Shown here piece after piece: positions 7,315-15,577 of a stretch of 19,701 bases of DNA. Location: NCBI GenBank assembly GCA_037446635.1, contig JBBIIG010000071.1, forward strand, positions 1 to 19,701, read 5' to 3'. A model generated the notes under the pieces. That model saw only the letters and a list, made by a program, of their open reading frames with translations. It was not told the DNA's origin and searched no databases. Each line of letters begins with the position of its first letter. The first letter of the stretch is position 1. Made by a program: the position numbers and the translations under genes. The stretch comes from a bacterium. Its GTDB lineage: Bacteria; Zhuqueibacterota; Zhuqueibacteria; Oceanimicrobiales; Oceanimicrobiaceae.

Positions 7315-8508
7315 TCAGTTCAGTCTCTGAAAAACATGATAGCCGGCGGCGGTTTTCAAAACCGCGCTGATTTCTCCAACCTTCAAATTCAAGATCACCT
7401 TTTCAAACTCGGCGTTCAAATCGCCTTTCTGAAAAAACCCGAAGTCGCCGCCTTTGCGCGCCGTGGCCGCGTCGATGGATTTTTGGTGCGCTAATTCCGG
7501 GAAGCTGGCGCCCGCCTGCAGTTGGCTGAGAATTTCCTGCGCCTCGGCTTCGGTTTTCACCAGAATGTGGCGCGCGCGCAGGTAGTTGGCGTCGAGGGCT
7601 TTGGTGAGATCGGCCAGGTAGTCCGGGTTGACTTTTATGCCGTAGCGGCTGGCGGCTTTGGCGTGCTGCATGGCCATGGCGTAGTTCATCAACTCATAAT
7701 AGCAATAGGAAATGTTGTTGTGGGCCACGGGGTCTTGCGGCGCGATGGCCAAAACTTTTTTGAAGGCGTCGCTGGCTTTTTGCAGCTCGCCTTTGCTGAG
7801 GTAGGTTATTCCCAGTCCGTTGTAGGTGTCGATGTTCATGCTGTCGATTTTGGCGGCTTGCAGGTAGATTTGAATGCTCTCGTCGTTTTTTCCCTTAGAG
7901 CGCAGGGTTGCGCCCAAGTGGTTCAACGCGGCGACAAAATCCGGTTTGATTTCCAGCGCCTTGCGGAAATTGGTTTCGGCGTCGTCGTATTTGCCCAGCG
8001 CGTTATAGCTCAGGCCGAGGTTGTTGTACGCCGGAAAATAATCGGGCTTCAGCTCGCTGGCTTTTTGTGCAGAGGCGATCGCCCGCTCGTAGAGTCCCAA
8101 CAAATAATAAGCATAAGCTAAATTGTTGTGCGCTTCCGGATAATCCGGGTTGAATTTGATGGCCAACTTGTATTCGATGATGGCTTCGTTGTGTTTACCG
8201 ACCGCGAGGTACACGGCGCCGAGGTTGTTGTGCGCAAAGGGATTCTCGGGATCGATGGCGAGGGCTTTGCTATAATGGGCGCTGGCCTCGTTCATTATGT
8301 TGTTAGAATAGTAAATGAAACCGAGGTGGATGAGAGCGTTGACATGGGTGGAATCGAGGGCGATGACTTTTTGAAATCCAGCCAGCGCCTCCGCCACTTT
8401 GCCATTTGCCAAATCTTGCATGGCCTGTTCGTTCAGCTCATCGACTGTTTGACACCAGCCGCGGTTGGCTAATAAAATCAACGCGGCGATGGCTAATGGT
8501 TTGATCAT
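7315..8508 (-). CDS. Exported tetratricopeptide-repeat protein with a C-terminal parvulin (PpiC-type) peptidyl-prolyl isomerase domain
   Basis: Likely start is ATG 8508 (GGAG upstream, signal peptide MIKPLAIAALILLA). About 8 TPRs (AHNNLG, AYNNLG, TYNGLG...). Rotamase motifs ARHILV, SFPELA..S.D, GGDFGFF and GYHVFQ. Confidence 0.9.
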   Translation of the reverse strand: MIKPLAIAALILLANRGWCQTVDELNEQAMQDLANGKVAEALAGFQKVIALDSTHVNALIHLGFIYYSNNIMNEASAHYSKALAIDPENPFAHNNLGAVYLAVGKHNEAIIEYKLAIKFNPDYPEAHNNLAYAYYLLGLYERAIASAQKASELKPDYFPAYNNLGLSYNALGKYDDAETNFRKALEIKPDFVAALNHLGATLRSKGKNDESIQIYLQAAKIDSMNIDTYNGLGITYLSKGELQKASDAFKKVLAIAPQDPVAHNNISYCYYELMNYAMAMQHAKAASRYGIKVNPDYLADLTKALDANYLRARHILVKTEAEAQEILSQLQAGASFPELAHQKSIDAATARKGGDFGFFQKGDLNAEFEKVILNLKVGEISAVLKTAAGYHVFQRLN

Positions 8509-8625
8509 CAATTTTCTCCGACAATTTTTGAACGCAGCAAACGTACTATCTCTTGTCCAAAAAATCAAGTGGAAATAACGATGGAAAGCGCTCGCCGGCT
8601 TGCTTGCGTAAATTTGACATTTTTC

Positions 8626-8654
8626 TTGACTTTTAAAGGTATGCCGGTTAAATT
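8626..8654 (+). promoter_or_regulatory. Putative sigma70 promoter for the DAK2/DegV-plsY operon
   Basis: TTGACT (8626-8631), 17-nt spacer, TAAATT (8649-8654). A second TTGACA sits at 8614-8619. It lies in a divergent intergenic region 50 nt upstream of the ATG. Confidence 0.5.
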
Positions 8655-8704
8655 GCCAAAGTTTTTTCAACTCCGAATCTGCACACTTTGAACACGGTGA
8701 CAAA

Positions 8705-10492
8705 ATGAAAATCGACTACATTGATGGCCGGCGGCTTCGGCAAGCGGTGATCGCGGGCGCGCGCAGAGTGATCATGATGCAGGATTATTTGAACGGCATC
8801 AATGTATTTCCGGTGGCGGACAACGACACCGGCACCAACATGGCGCTGACGCTGCAAAGCATCGCCGAGGGCGCCATCAGTTGCCGCGACGCCAGCGTCT
8901 CCGCCATGAGCCAATGTTTAGCAGACTCCGCGTTGATGGGCGCGCGCGGAAATTCCGGCGCGATTCTGGCGCAGTTTTTTCAAGGGCTGGCGGAGAGCTT
9001 TAAAGGCAAGCTTACCGCCACCGTCGAGAATTTTGCGGAGGCCGCTGAAAAAGCCAGATGCTGCGCTTACGACGCCATCTCCGAACCCAAAGAAGGCACC
9101 ATTCTCACCGTCATTCACGACTGGGCCGAGCGGGTAAAAAATCATTGCCGTCTATCGAAAGATTTCCGCGAAGTTTTGAAGGAAGGATTTGATGAAGCCC
9201 AGCGCTCGCTAAAAGAAACTCCCACTAAAATGAAATTGCTTTCCAAGGCGGGCGTGGTGGATGCCGGCGCCCAGGGATTTGTGCACATGTTAGAGGGCAT
9301 TCTGCATTTTATGGAGTCCGGGAAAATTTATCGCGGGGTAGGAATTGGCAGCCGCGCCGGTACTCGCGCCAAAGTTGAAAAGTCGCCGGAGGATATCACT
9401 TTCCGGTTTTGCACCGAATGCTTGGTGGACGGCGAAGACATCCCGCGCAAGAAGCTGCGCGAGGAATTGAGCGGCCACGGCAATTCGTTGATTGTCGCGG
9501 GATCATCAGAGCGAGTGCGCATTCACATTCATACCAATGAGCCTAAAAAAGTTTATGAGATTTGCGGCCAGTACGGCAAAGTCTTTCAGCAGAAACAGGA
9601 GGACATGCGCAACCAGCACGAAACGGCCTACGGCAACGGCGCCGTTCCCAAAATCGCGTTGGTGACCGACAGCTCGTGCGACCTGACGCCGGAGTATCTC
9701 ATCCGCCACAACATTCAAATGGTGCCGGTGCAGCTCGCCTTTGGCAAAGAAACTTACATCGACAAAATTACCATCACCCCCAAAGAATTTTACCGCATCC
9801 TCGCCGAATCCGAACACTATCCCAAAACCTCGCAGCCCACGCCCGGCGATTACCTCAAAACTTATGACGAACTTTGGGGGCACTACGAGCAGGCCGTCTC
9901 CATTCATCTTTCCGGCGCGCTGAGCGGCACCTTGCAGGCGGCGCAGACGGCCGCGAAAACACTTCCTCAAAATAAGGTAAAAGTGATCGACGGCCGCAGC
10001 GTCAGCGTCGGCTTGGGGTTGATTGTGGTGGAAGCCGCGAAGGCAATTGAGGAGGGGTGCGATATCGACGAGGTGGTGAGACGCGCCGAGCAAGCCATTC
10101 GCAGGGTGCGGTTTTTTATTCATTTTTCCACGGTGGAATATTTGATTCGCGGCGGCCGGCTCAGCAAGTCCCGCGGGCTGCTCGCTAAAGTTTTGAACCT
10201 GCGCCCGGTTTTAACGCTCGACGAACAGGGTCGGGTGCAAACCGTTGCCAAAGTTTTGGGCGAGGAAGCCGGGCGGAAGAAAACTATGCAGTTGGTTTGC
10301 GAAGCCGCGCTGGGCAAACGCAATCTGCGGTTTGCGGTGGCGCACGCCAACGTCCCGGAAAAAGCCGAATGGTTCGTGCAGCGGATCAAACGGCAGTTTG
10401 AAGTCAGCGACGTGATGGTGGTGAACGTTTCGCCGGCGTTGGGCGCGCACGCCGGACCGGGCGCCGCCGGGGTGGCATTTCTTGGAGAGTAG
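8705..10492 (+). CDS. Fused DAK2-domain/DegV protein (fatty acid kinase FakA + fatty-acid-binding FakB)
   Basis: N-half DAK2 motifs: LNGINVFPVADNDTGTNM, GARGNSGAIL, EGTILTV, GVVDAGAQG, FCTE, RIHIHTNEP. C-half DegV motifs: IALVTDSSCD, PKTSQP, LSGALSGT, YLIRGGR, GAHAGPG. Confidence 0.92.
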   Translation: MKIDYIDGRRLRQAVIAGARRVIMMQDYLNGINVFPVADNDTGTNMALTLQSIAEGAISCRDASVSAMSQCLADSALMGARGNSGAILAQFFQGLAESFKGKLTATVENFAEAAEKARCCAYDAISEPKEGTILTVIHDWAERVKNHCRLSKDFREVLKEGFDEAQRSLKETPTKMKLLSKAGVVDAGAQGFVHMLEGILHFMESGKIYRGVGIGSRAGTRAKVEKSPEDITFRFCTECLVDGEDIPRKKLREELSGHGNSLIVAGSSERVRIHIHTNEPKKVYEICGQYGKVFQQKQEDMRNQHETAYGNGAVPKIALVTDSSCDLTPEYLIRHNIQMVPVQLAFGKETYIDKITITPKEFYRILAESEHYPKTSQPTPGDYLKTYDELWGHYEQAVSIHLSGALSGTLQAAQTAAKTLPQNKVKVIDGRSVSVGLGLIVVEAAKAIEEGCDIDEVVRRAEQAIRRVRFFIHFSTVEYLIRGGRLSKSRGLLAKVLNLRPVLTLDEQGRVQTVAKVLGEEAGRKKTMQLVCEAALGKRNLRFAVAHANVPEKAEWFVQRIKRQFEVSDVMVVNVSPALGAHAGPGAAGVAFLGE

Positions 10493-10495
10493 GGC

Positions 10496-11140
10496 ATGTA
10501 TTCTTTGATCGTCATCATTTTGTTGTCCTACCTGGTGGGGTCGTTTCCCACCAGCATTGTGACCGGCCGCTTGCTGCGCCGCATCGATATTCGCGAATAC
10601 GGCAGCGGCAACGCCGGCGGCACCAACGTCTTTCGGGTGCTGGGCTGGAAAGCCGGCCTGTTCGTGGCGCTGGTGGACGTGGGCAAAGGCATGTTGGCTA
10701 CGCTGCTGATTTCGAAAATTCGCATCGATGCTGTGCCGCTGGATATCATGTTGGTGCAAATCATCGCCGGGGTTTCGGCGGTGATTGGCCACATCTGGAC
10801 CATCATGGCGAAATTCAAAGGCGGCAAGGGCGTCGCCACCGGCGGCGGCATGATCATCGCGCTGTTTCCTTGGGCGGCGTTGATTTGCTTTTTTATTTTT
10901 ATTACCATCGTTCTGATTACGCGCTACGTTTCCGTGGGTTCGATGGCGGCTACCTCAGCGCTGCCGCTGGCTTTGATAATAATGGATCGCGTGTTTGGAA
11001 TTACCGTCCCGCCATCCGGTTACATCTTCAGCATTTTAGTTGCGCTGCTGATTTTTTACACGCATCGCGCCAACATTCGCCGCTTGATCAACGGCACCGA
11101 AAATCGCTTCAACAAAATTCAATTTCGAAGAAAATTTTAA
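10496..11140 (+). CDS. plsY: Glycerol-3-phosphate 1-O-acyltransferase PlsY
   Basis: YLVGSFP, DIREYGSGNAGGTNVFR, DVGKG, GHIW..FKGGKGVAT and HRANIRRLINGTENRF. Confidence 0.97.
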   Translation: MYSLIVIILLSYLVGSFPTSIVTGRLLRRIDIREYGSGNAGGTNVFRVLGWKAGLFVALVDVGKGMLATLLISKIRIDAVPLDIMLVQIIAGVSAVIGHIWTIMAKFKGGKGVATGGGMIIALFPWAALICFFIFITIVLITRYVSVGSMAATSALPLALIIMDRVFGITVPPSGYIFSILVALLIFYTHRANIRRLINGTENRFNKIQFRRKF

Positions 11141-11159
11141 TAGGTTTGGTTGAGGAAAG

Positions 11160-12014
11160 ATGAAAACGAACGAACGAGAAATTCGCGCTTTGGTCACCCT
11201 GCTGGCCGATGACGAAGTGAGGGTACAAAACTTAGCCCGCGAGAAGCTGCTGGAAAACAGCGAATTGGTGCGGCCCATCCTGGAGGAGTTTGCTTTCACC
11301 GATTCCGAGGGCCGGGTTCGAATTGCGGCGCAGGGCCTGCTGGAAGAAATCCGCCTCAACAATTTAGCCGCCGGCTTTAAGAAAATTAACCGCAATTCCT
11401 ATTTCGATTTGGAGCGGGCGTGCTTCATCCTCGCGCAAATCGAATATCCCGATCTTGAGGTCTCCAAATATATCGAGCGCATCGATCACATCGCCGACCA
11501 GATGCACTCGCGCATCGCCGGCGTCGATGAAGAAAAGCAGAAGGTCAAAGCGCTCAATCAGCTTCTGTTTCAGGAATTAGGATTTCGCGGCGACGTCAAA
11601 TCCTATTTCGATCCCCAGAACAGCTACATCAATCGCGTGCTCGATCGCTGTTTAGGCATCCCTATCAGTTTATCGGCGCTCTATCTTTTCGTGGCCCAGC
11701 GGCTCGATTTGCCGGTGTACGGCGTGGGTTTCCCCGGCCACTTTTTGCTGACTTACGGCGACGATTCTAATTTTTTTATCGACGCCTTCAACAACGGCCG
11801 CATTCTTTCCCGCAAAGATTGCGAGTTTTTTTTGAACCGCATGGGCTACCCGTTTTACGATTCGTATCTCGCCATCTCCACGCCCAAAGAAATTCTCGCC
11901 CGCATGATTCGCAACCTGGTGTTGATTTATCATCAGAACCATCAGCGCAAAAAAATTGATACGCTCGAGAAAATATTCAGCGATTTTTTTACCACGACCG
12001 AACAAGGAGGGTGA
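11160..12014 (+). CDS. SirB1-family/transglutaminase-like (Transglut_core2) protein with an N-terminal helical repeat
   Basis: LNQLLFQELGFRG, YFDPQNSYINRVLD, GIPISLS, GVGFPGHFLL, FIDAFNNG and ILARMIRNL. Confidence 0.85.
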   Translation: MKTNEREIRALVTLLADDEVRVQNLAREKLLENSELVRPILEEFAFTDSEGRVRIAAQGLLEEIRLNNLAAGFKKINRNSYFDLERACFILAQIEYPDLEVSKYIERIDHIADQMHSRIAGVDEEKQKVKALNQLLFQELGFRGDVKSYFDPQNSYINRVLDRCLGIPISLSALYLFVAQRLDLPVYGVGFPGHFLLTYGDDSNFFIDAFNNGRILSRKDCEFFLNRMGYPFYDSYLAISTPKEILARMIRNLVLIYHQNHQRKKIDTLEKIFSDFFTTTEQGG

Positions 12015-12015
12015 A

Positions 12016-12807
12016 TTGAACTGTACCAGTTGTAATGCCGAGATACCGGCGTCGGCGAAATTTTGTCCCGAGTGCGGCGCCAAAGTTGTGGCTTCCGGAA
12101 GCTGTGCGACCTGCGGCGAGGCGATCAAGCCAGAGGCGAAGTTTTGCCACCACTGCGGCGCGCCGGTCTCAGAAGCGGTTTCATCAAAAACCATCGAGGC
12201 TTCGGGGCGCGAATCGCTTCCCGCCAAATCCAGCCGCGCCGTCACCATCGCTTCCTTTGTGGCGATTCCGGCGTTTGCCATTTTGATCATTGCGCTGCTG
12301 TTTTGGAAAAACCAGGATCCGGAACCTCTGTCGGCCAGCGGCGGCGCCGCGCAACAGCAGGACGGCGTGCCCAGCATGGCCGCCATGCAGTCGGTGCACG
12401 AGACACTCCAACGCTTGCAAAAGCGTCTGGAGGCCGACGCGCATGACGTGGTTGCGATGGACAGCCTGGCCGCCATGTATGCCATTGCCGGCAGTTACGA
12501 CAAAGCCAGCAAATATTACGAGCGCCATCTCGAAATCGAGCCGGACAATTTGGATGTTAAAATGATGCTGGCGCATTCTTATTTTCAATTGCAGAGATTG
12601 GACGACGCGATGAAGTTGGTTCAAAGCGTCTTGAAAAAAGAACCCACCAATGCGTTGGCTCTGTTCAACCTCGGCGTGATTTATAGCTCGCAGGGGAAGC
12701 AGAAGGAGGCGACACAGCATCTGCAAATTATCATCGACACCTACCCCGGCACCGAGTGGGCCAATCGCGCGCAGCAGTTGATTCACGAATTGACTCATAC
12801 AGATTAA
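12016..12807 (+). CDS. Double zinc-ribbon / single-TM / TPR protein
   Basis: AGGAGG at 12005-12010 supports a TTG start at 12016. Four CxxC pairs (CTSC, CPEC, CATC, CHHC), a TM segment (IPAFAILIIALLFW) and 3 C-terminal TPRs. Confidence 0.85.
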   Translation: MNCTSCNAEIPASAKFCPECGAKVVASGSCATCGEAIKPEAKFCHHCGAPVSEAVSSKTIEASGRESLPAKSSRAVTIASFVAIPAFAILIIALLFWKNQDPEPLSASGGAAQQQDGVPSMAAMQSVHETLQRLQKRLEADAHDVVAMDSLAAMYAIAGSYDKASKYYERHLEIEPDNLDVKMMLAHSYFQLQRLDDAMKLVQSVLKKEPTNALALFNLGVIYSSQGKQKEATQHLQIIIDTYPGTEWANRAQQLIHELTHTD

Positions 12808-12809
12808 CG

Positions 12810-12919
12810 AATCCCTCTTAGCAAAGGGGGATTTCCTGCCTGCGCAGGCCGGAGGGGGTTGTGAGTAGTCAAGCAATTGAACTGCAAAATGCAAATTGAA
12901 AAATGCAAAGTTCAAAATT
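12810..12919. repeat. Nested palindromes plus degenerate heptamer tandem repeats
   Basis: Hairpin AATCCCTCTT-agca-AAGGGGGATT (12810-12833), palindrome GCCTGCGCAGGC (12838-12849) and five heptamers CAAAATG CAAATTG AAAAATG CAAAGTT CAAAATT (12885-12919). Confidence 0.5.
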
Positions 12920-12950
12920 TTTTCATTTTCATTTTATGAGGAGGAGATGA

Positions 12951-13367
12951 ATGCCAGCCGTTCAATTCCAGGAAGCCAACGTCGCCTGCACTGCCCCCGA
13001 GGGCATGGACATTCGCAAAATTGCGCACAAAAATAAAGTCTCGGTTTACGGTGGCGTCAACAAACTTTTGAATTGCCGCGGCTTTGGGCTGTGCGGCACC
13101 GACCGCATCCTCGTGGAACCCAAAGATTGCGTTTCTCCTCCCACCTGGAAAGAAAAACTGCATTTCGGCGACAAGCCCACCATGCGCCTCGCCTGCCAGG
13201 CCAAACTGTTAGCCGACGCCAAAGTCAGCATCGCGCCGGCTTTGGAATACGGCGAGGTGATGAAAGAGAACCTCAAGTTCGGCGCGGCGGCGTTTTTCTT
13301 CGGCGGCCTGACGTTGTTCTTTTTTATTTTTATGCTGTTTGAGCTGGTGGGGAAGCCGCTTTTCTGA
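12951..13367 (+). CDS. 2Fe-2S ferredoxin-like protein with a C-terminal membrane anchor
   Basis: Strong SD (GAGGAGG). NCRGFGLCGTD...RLACQ follows the plant-type Cx4Cx2C..C pattern with the third Cys as Asp. Hydrophobic tail AAAFFFGGLTLFFFIFMLF. Confidence 0.85.
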   Translation: MPAVQFQEANVACTAPEGMDIRKIAHKNKVSVYGGVNKLLNCRGFGLCGTDRILVEPKDCVSPPTWKEKLHFGDKPTMRLACQAKLLADAKVSIAPALEYGEVMKENLKFGAAAFFFGGLTLFFFIFMLFELVGKPLF

Positions 13368-13377
13368 TCTTTCATAA

Positions 13378-13659
13378 ATATCGAACTCCGTAGAAGTCGA
13401 GGCGGTTCGCGATGTGCTTCGACGAATCAATCAGGCTTGGCTAAGCAATCGTCCCCGTGAGCTTCAGCAGCTATTTCACAAAAATATCGTCATGGTCCTG
13501 CCGGGTTTTTCGGGCCGGGTGGAAGGCAAAGATGCGTTGATTGCGAGCTTCGAGGAGTTTTGTGAGAATGGCGTCGTCCACCAGTTTTCGGAAAAGGAAA
13601 GTCAGGTGGAGGTAGTAGGCGCCACAGCCGTGGCGAGCTTTTTGTTTGAAGTATGTTAA
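13378..13659 (+). pseudogene. Truncated NTF2/SnoaL-like (DUF4440-type) gene
   Basis: INQAW...LFHKNIVMVLPG..RVEGKDALIASF...QVEVVGATAVASF is NTF2-like but stops before the final strands. The frame opens at ATA (13378) with no SD. Confidence 0.55.
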
Positions 13660-13796
13660 ACAGATATTACGATCACCAGATTGGGTACCCAGCGAATTTG
13701 CTAAGTTCATTTAAGGACAAGCTCGAAAAACTATCTCAAGATGAGTGGTCAGGTGTGTCGGGACATGCTAAGACAGCGATTGAAAAGTTGAGGTGA
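13653..13796 (+). pseudogene. Probable 3' remnant of a helical/HEAT-repeat gene, possibly a former immunity gene
   Basis: 47-codon frame ending KDKLEKLSQDEWSGVSGHAKTAIEKLR*, which is HEAT-like. It begins where the NTF2-like gene breaks off. Confidence 0.3.
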
Positions 13797-13839
13797 CGAG
13801 GCGAGCCCTGCCTTCCCGAATGTGTATAATGTGTATAGT

Positions 13840-13928
13840 GAGGATACTCAGACTGTTTCGATAGAGCCGAATCGCTTCTGCCATTCGGCTTTTGTTTTTG
13901 TACTTTTACTAAAATCGTTCTTTCTCAA
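13840..13928 (+). repeat. Conserved inter-cassette spacer, copy A
   Basis: Shares the ordered blocks GAG(G/C)ATACT, GACTG(A)TTTC, CCGAA, CCAT(T)CGGCTTTT, CTAAAA and TCGTTCTTTCTCAA with 19397-19490. Confidence 0.6.
13865..13899 (+). terminator. Rho-independent terminator
   Basis: AGCCGAAT (13865-13872) pairs with ATTCGGCT (13883-13890), followed by TTTGTTTTT. Confidence 0.65.
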
Positions 13929-15545
13929 TTGCGCCGGGTATTTTACACTGAGCGGGGCAAGCACTATTTGCTGGTGGGCGTGCCGTACAGTTGGATAAAG
14001 ACGGCGCCGGAGGGGGAGGTGGTGATTGACCCGACGGTTTCGGTTGCTGCCAGCGAGGACGTGTGGCTAGAAAATACCTCCAACTTTGACGGCCACAGCG
14101 CGGGATTACTCATCGGTAAAGCCAGTTGTTGCTCCAAAAAGCGCACCATCATCAAGTTTAACCTTGCAGGTTCAGGCATTCCGAGTTCGGCGACAGTGCT
14201 GAATGCGCAGATGAAGCTGTACTACTACACCGCAGTGCGGGTAGGGACAACGGCGTGGGTAGATCGCTGGGTGCAGGCGCATCAGATTTTAGTGAACTGG
14301 AATCAGTCGCAGGCGACGCGGGACAATCGGCTCACCGGGACGCTGTGGAATGTGCAGTATGTGGGGCTGAACGATATCGATGCGAAGTCGGCTTACGAGA
14401 GCACGGTGCTGTTTCAGAGCGGCCAGTACCCGACGTGGAAGAGTTGGGACCTCACCACACTTACCGAGAGATGGTTGGAAGGGACGGCAGCGAACTACGG
14501 CGTGGTGCTCTGGGCTACGAATGAAACGACGGACGGCTACGACCTGCGCTTCCGAGCTTCGGAATACGCGACCACGACTGAGCGGCCGTATTTGCAGGTG
14601 ACCTATTCCACCAGTTCGAAGACGGTGTATTTTCTGAAGGATCACCTGGGCAGTGTTCGGGCGACGGTGGATAACACGGGCGCAGTGGTGGGGTATGATG
14701 ATTACGACCCGTGGGGATACATTCTGGCGAATCGCAGTCTGGCTACACCGTGGAGTTCAGTACAGGGGACGGCGAAGAACAAGTTTACGAGCAAGGAGTG
14801 GGATGATGAGTTTGGGGTGAATTGGAATTACTTTGGGGCCAGGTATTATGATCCGCAGATTGGGAGGTGGATGAGTGTGGATCCGGCTTTTTATAGATGG
14901 AGTCCAGAGCGTTATTTTAAAAGTGGACTTTTTAGTATCTCTCCATATGTGTATGTGCGGAATAATCCATTAAATCGATTTGATCCAGACGGACAAAAAG
15001 ATGTATCTGCTATGTTTAAGGCCGGCCTTAAAACTATTGGCGGTGGACTGACTTATGCCGGTGGGTGGGCACTTCAACTAAAGGGGGTTGCGGTAACGGT
15101 AGCTACTGCAGGTGGATTTTCGCCCGTTGGAGTGGGAATGGTTTTAGGTGGAGAAGGTTTGAAACTTGCAGGGGCGTTCTCATTTTTCACGGGGATCGCG
15201 GACTTTGCATTCGCAGCAAGTGTACCGTATGGAACTGATGCTGAAGTATTAGGAAACTTAACATATGAGGTAGCAAAAGAATTGGGGTTAGGGGGGACAA
15301 AGCTTGAAATTGTTGGTCTCCTTGAAGATATATTAACCGGTGGCAAGGACATTGGCAAACTGGCTGTTGATGGTAAAACAACAAAGTTAGTGGAGGCGCT
15401 TATTTATAACACGCAGATAACAGAAGATGTTCGAGCGATTCTGGAGGAGAGGTATCAGGAGCTAAAAGAAGCTGAAGAAACCAGCAAAGACAATGAAAAG
15501 GTCCAGGATACCTCCGATAAGGAAGAAGAAAAAAGGGAAAAGTGA
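13929..15545 (+). CDS. Orphan (5'-truncated) toxin cassette 1: DNRLRE-type domain + RHS-associated core + Gly-rich hydrophobic C-terminal domain
   Basis: DNRLRE-like segment VVIDPT...RTIIKF...AQMKLY...WDLT..NYGVVL...RPYLQVTY. RHS core motifs KDHLGSVR, DYDPWG, KFTSKEWD, YFGARYYDPQIGRWMSVDP and YVRNNPLNRFDPDG. The variable tip starts at 14994. The TTG start has no SD. Confidence 0.85.
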   Translation: MRRVFYTERGKHYLLVGVPYSWIKTAPEGEVVIDPTVSVAASEDVWLENTSNFDGHSAGLLIGKASCCSKKRTIIKFNLAGSGIPSSATVLNAQMKLYYYTAVRVGTTAWVDRWVQAHQILVNWNQSQATRDNRLTGTLWNVQYVGLNDIDAKSAYESTVLFQSGQYPTWKSWDLTTLTERWLEGTAANYGVVLWATNETTDGYDLRFRASEYATTTERPYLQVTYSTSSKTVYFLKDHLGSVRATVDNTGAVVGYDDYDPWGYILANRSLATPWSSVQGTAKNKFTSKEWDDEFGVNWNYFGARYYDPQIGRWMSVDPAFYRWSPERYFKSGLFSISPYVYVRNNPLNRFDPDGQKDVSAMFKAGLKTIGGGLTYAGGWALQLKGVAVTVATAGGFSPVGVGMVLGGEGLKLAGAFSFFTGIADFAFAASVPYGTDAEVLGNLTYEVAKELGLGGTKLEIVGLLEDILTGGKDIGKLAVDGKTTKLVEALIYNTQITEDVRAILEERYQELKEAEETSKDNEKVQDTSDKEEEKREK

Positions 15546-15577
15546 TTTATTGAATAACAGTCAATACGGAGGTGTTC

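Noticed and set aside
8509..8703. 65-aa N-terminal extension of the TPR-parvulin ORF in the ORF track
   Set aside because: It spans the divergent promoter region. ATG 8508 has an SD and yields a proper signal peptide.
11956..12015. N-terminal extension of the zinc-ribbon ORF
   Set aside because: It overlaps the upstream gene, and AGGAGG supports the TTG at 12016.
13819..13836. AATGTGTAT x2 containing TATAAT as a promoter for cassette 1
   Set aside because: There is no convincing -35 element, a terminator lies immediately downstream, and the cassette lacks an SD.
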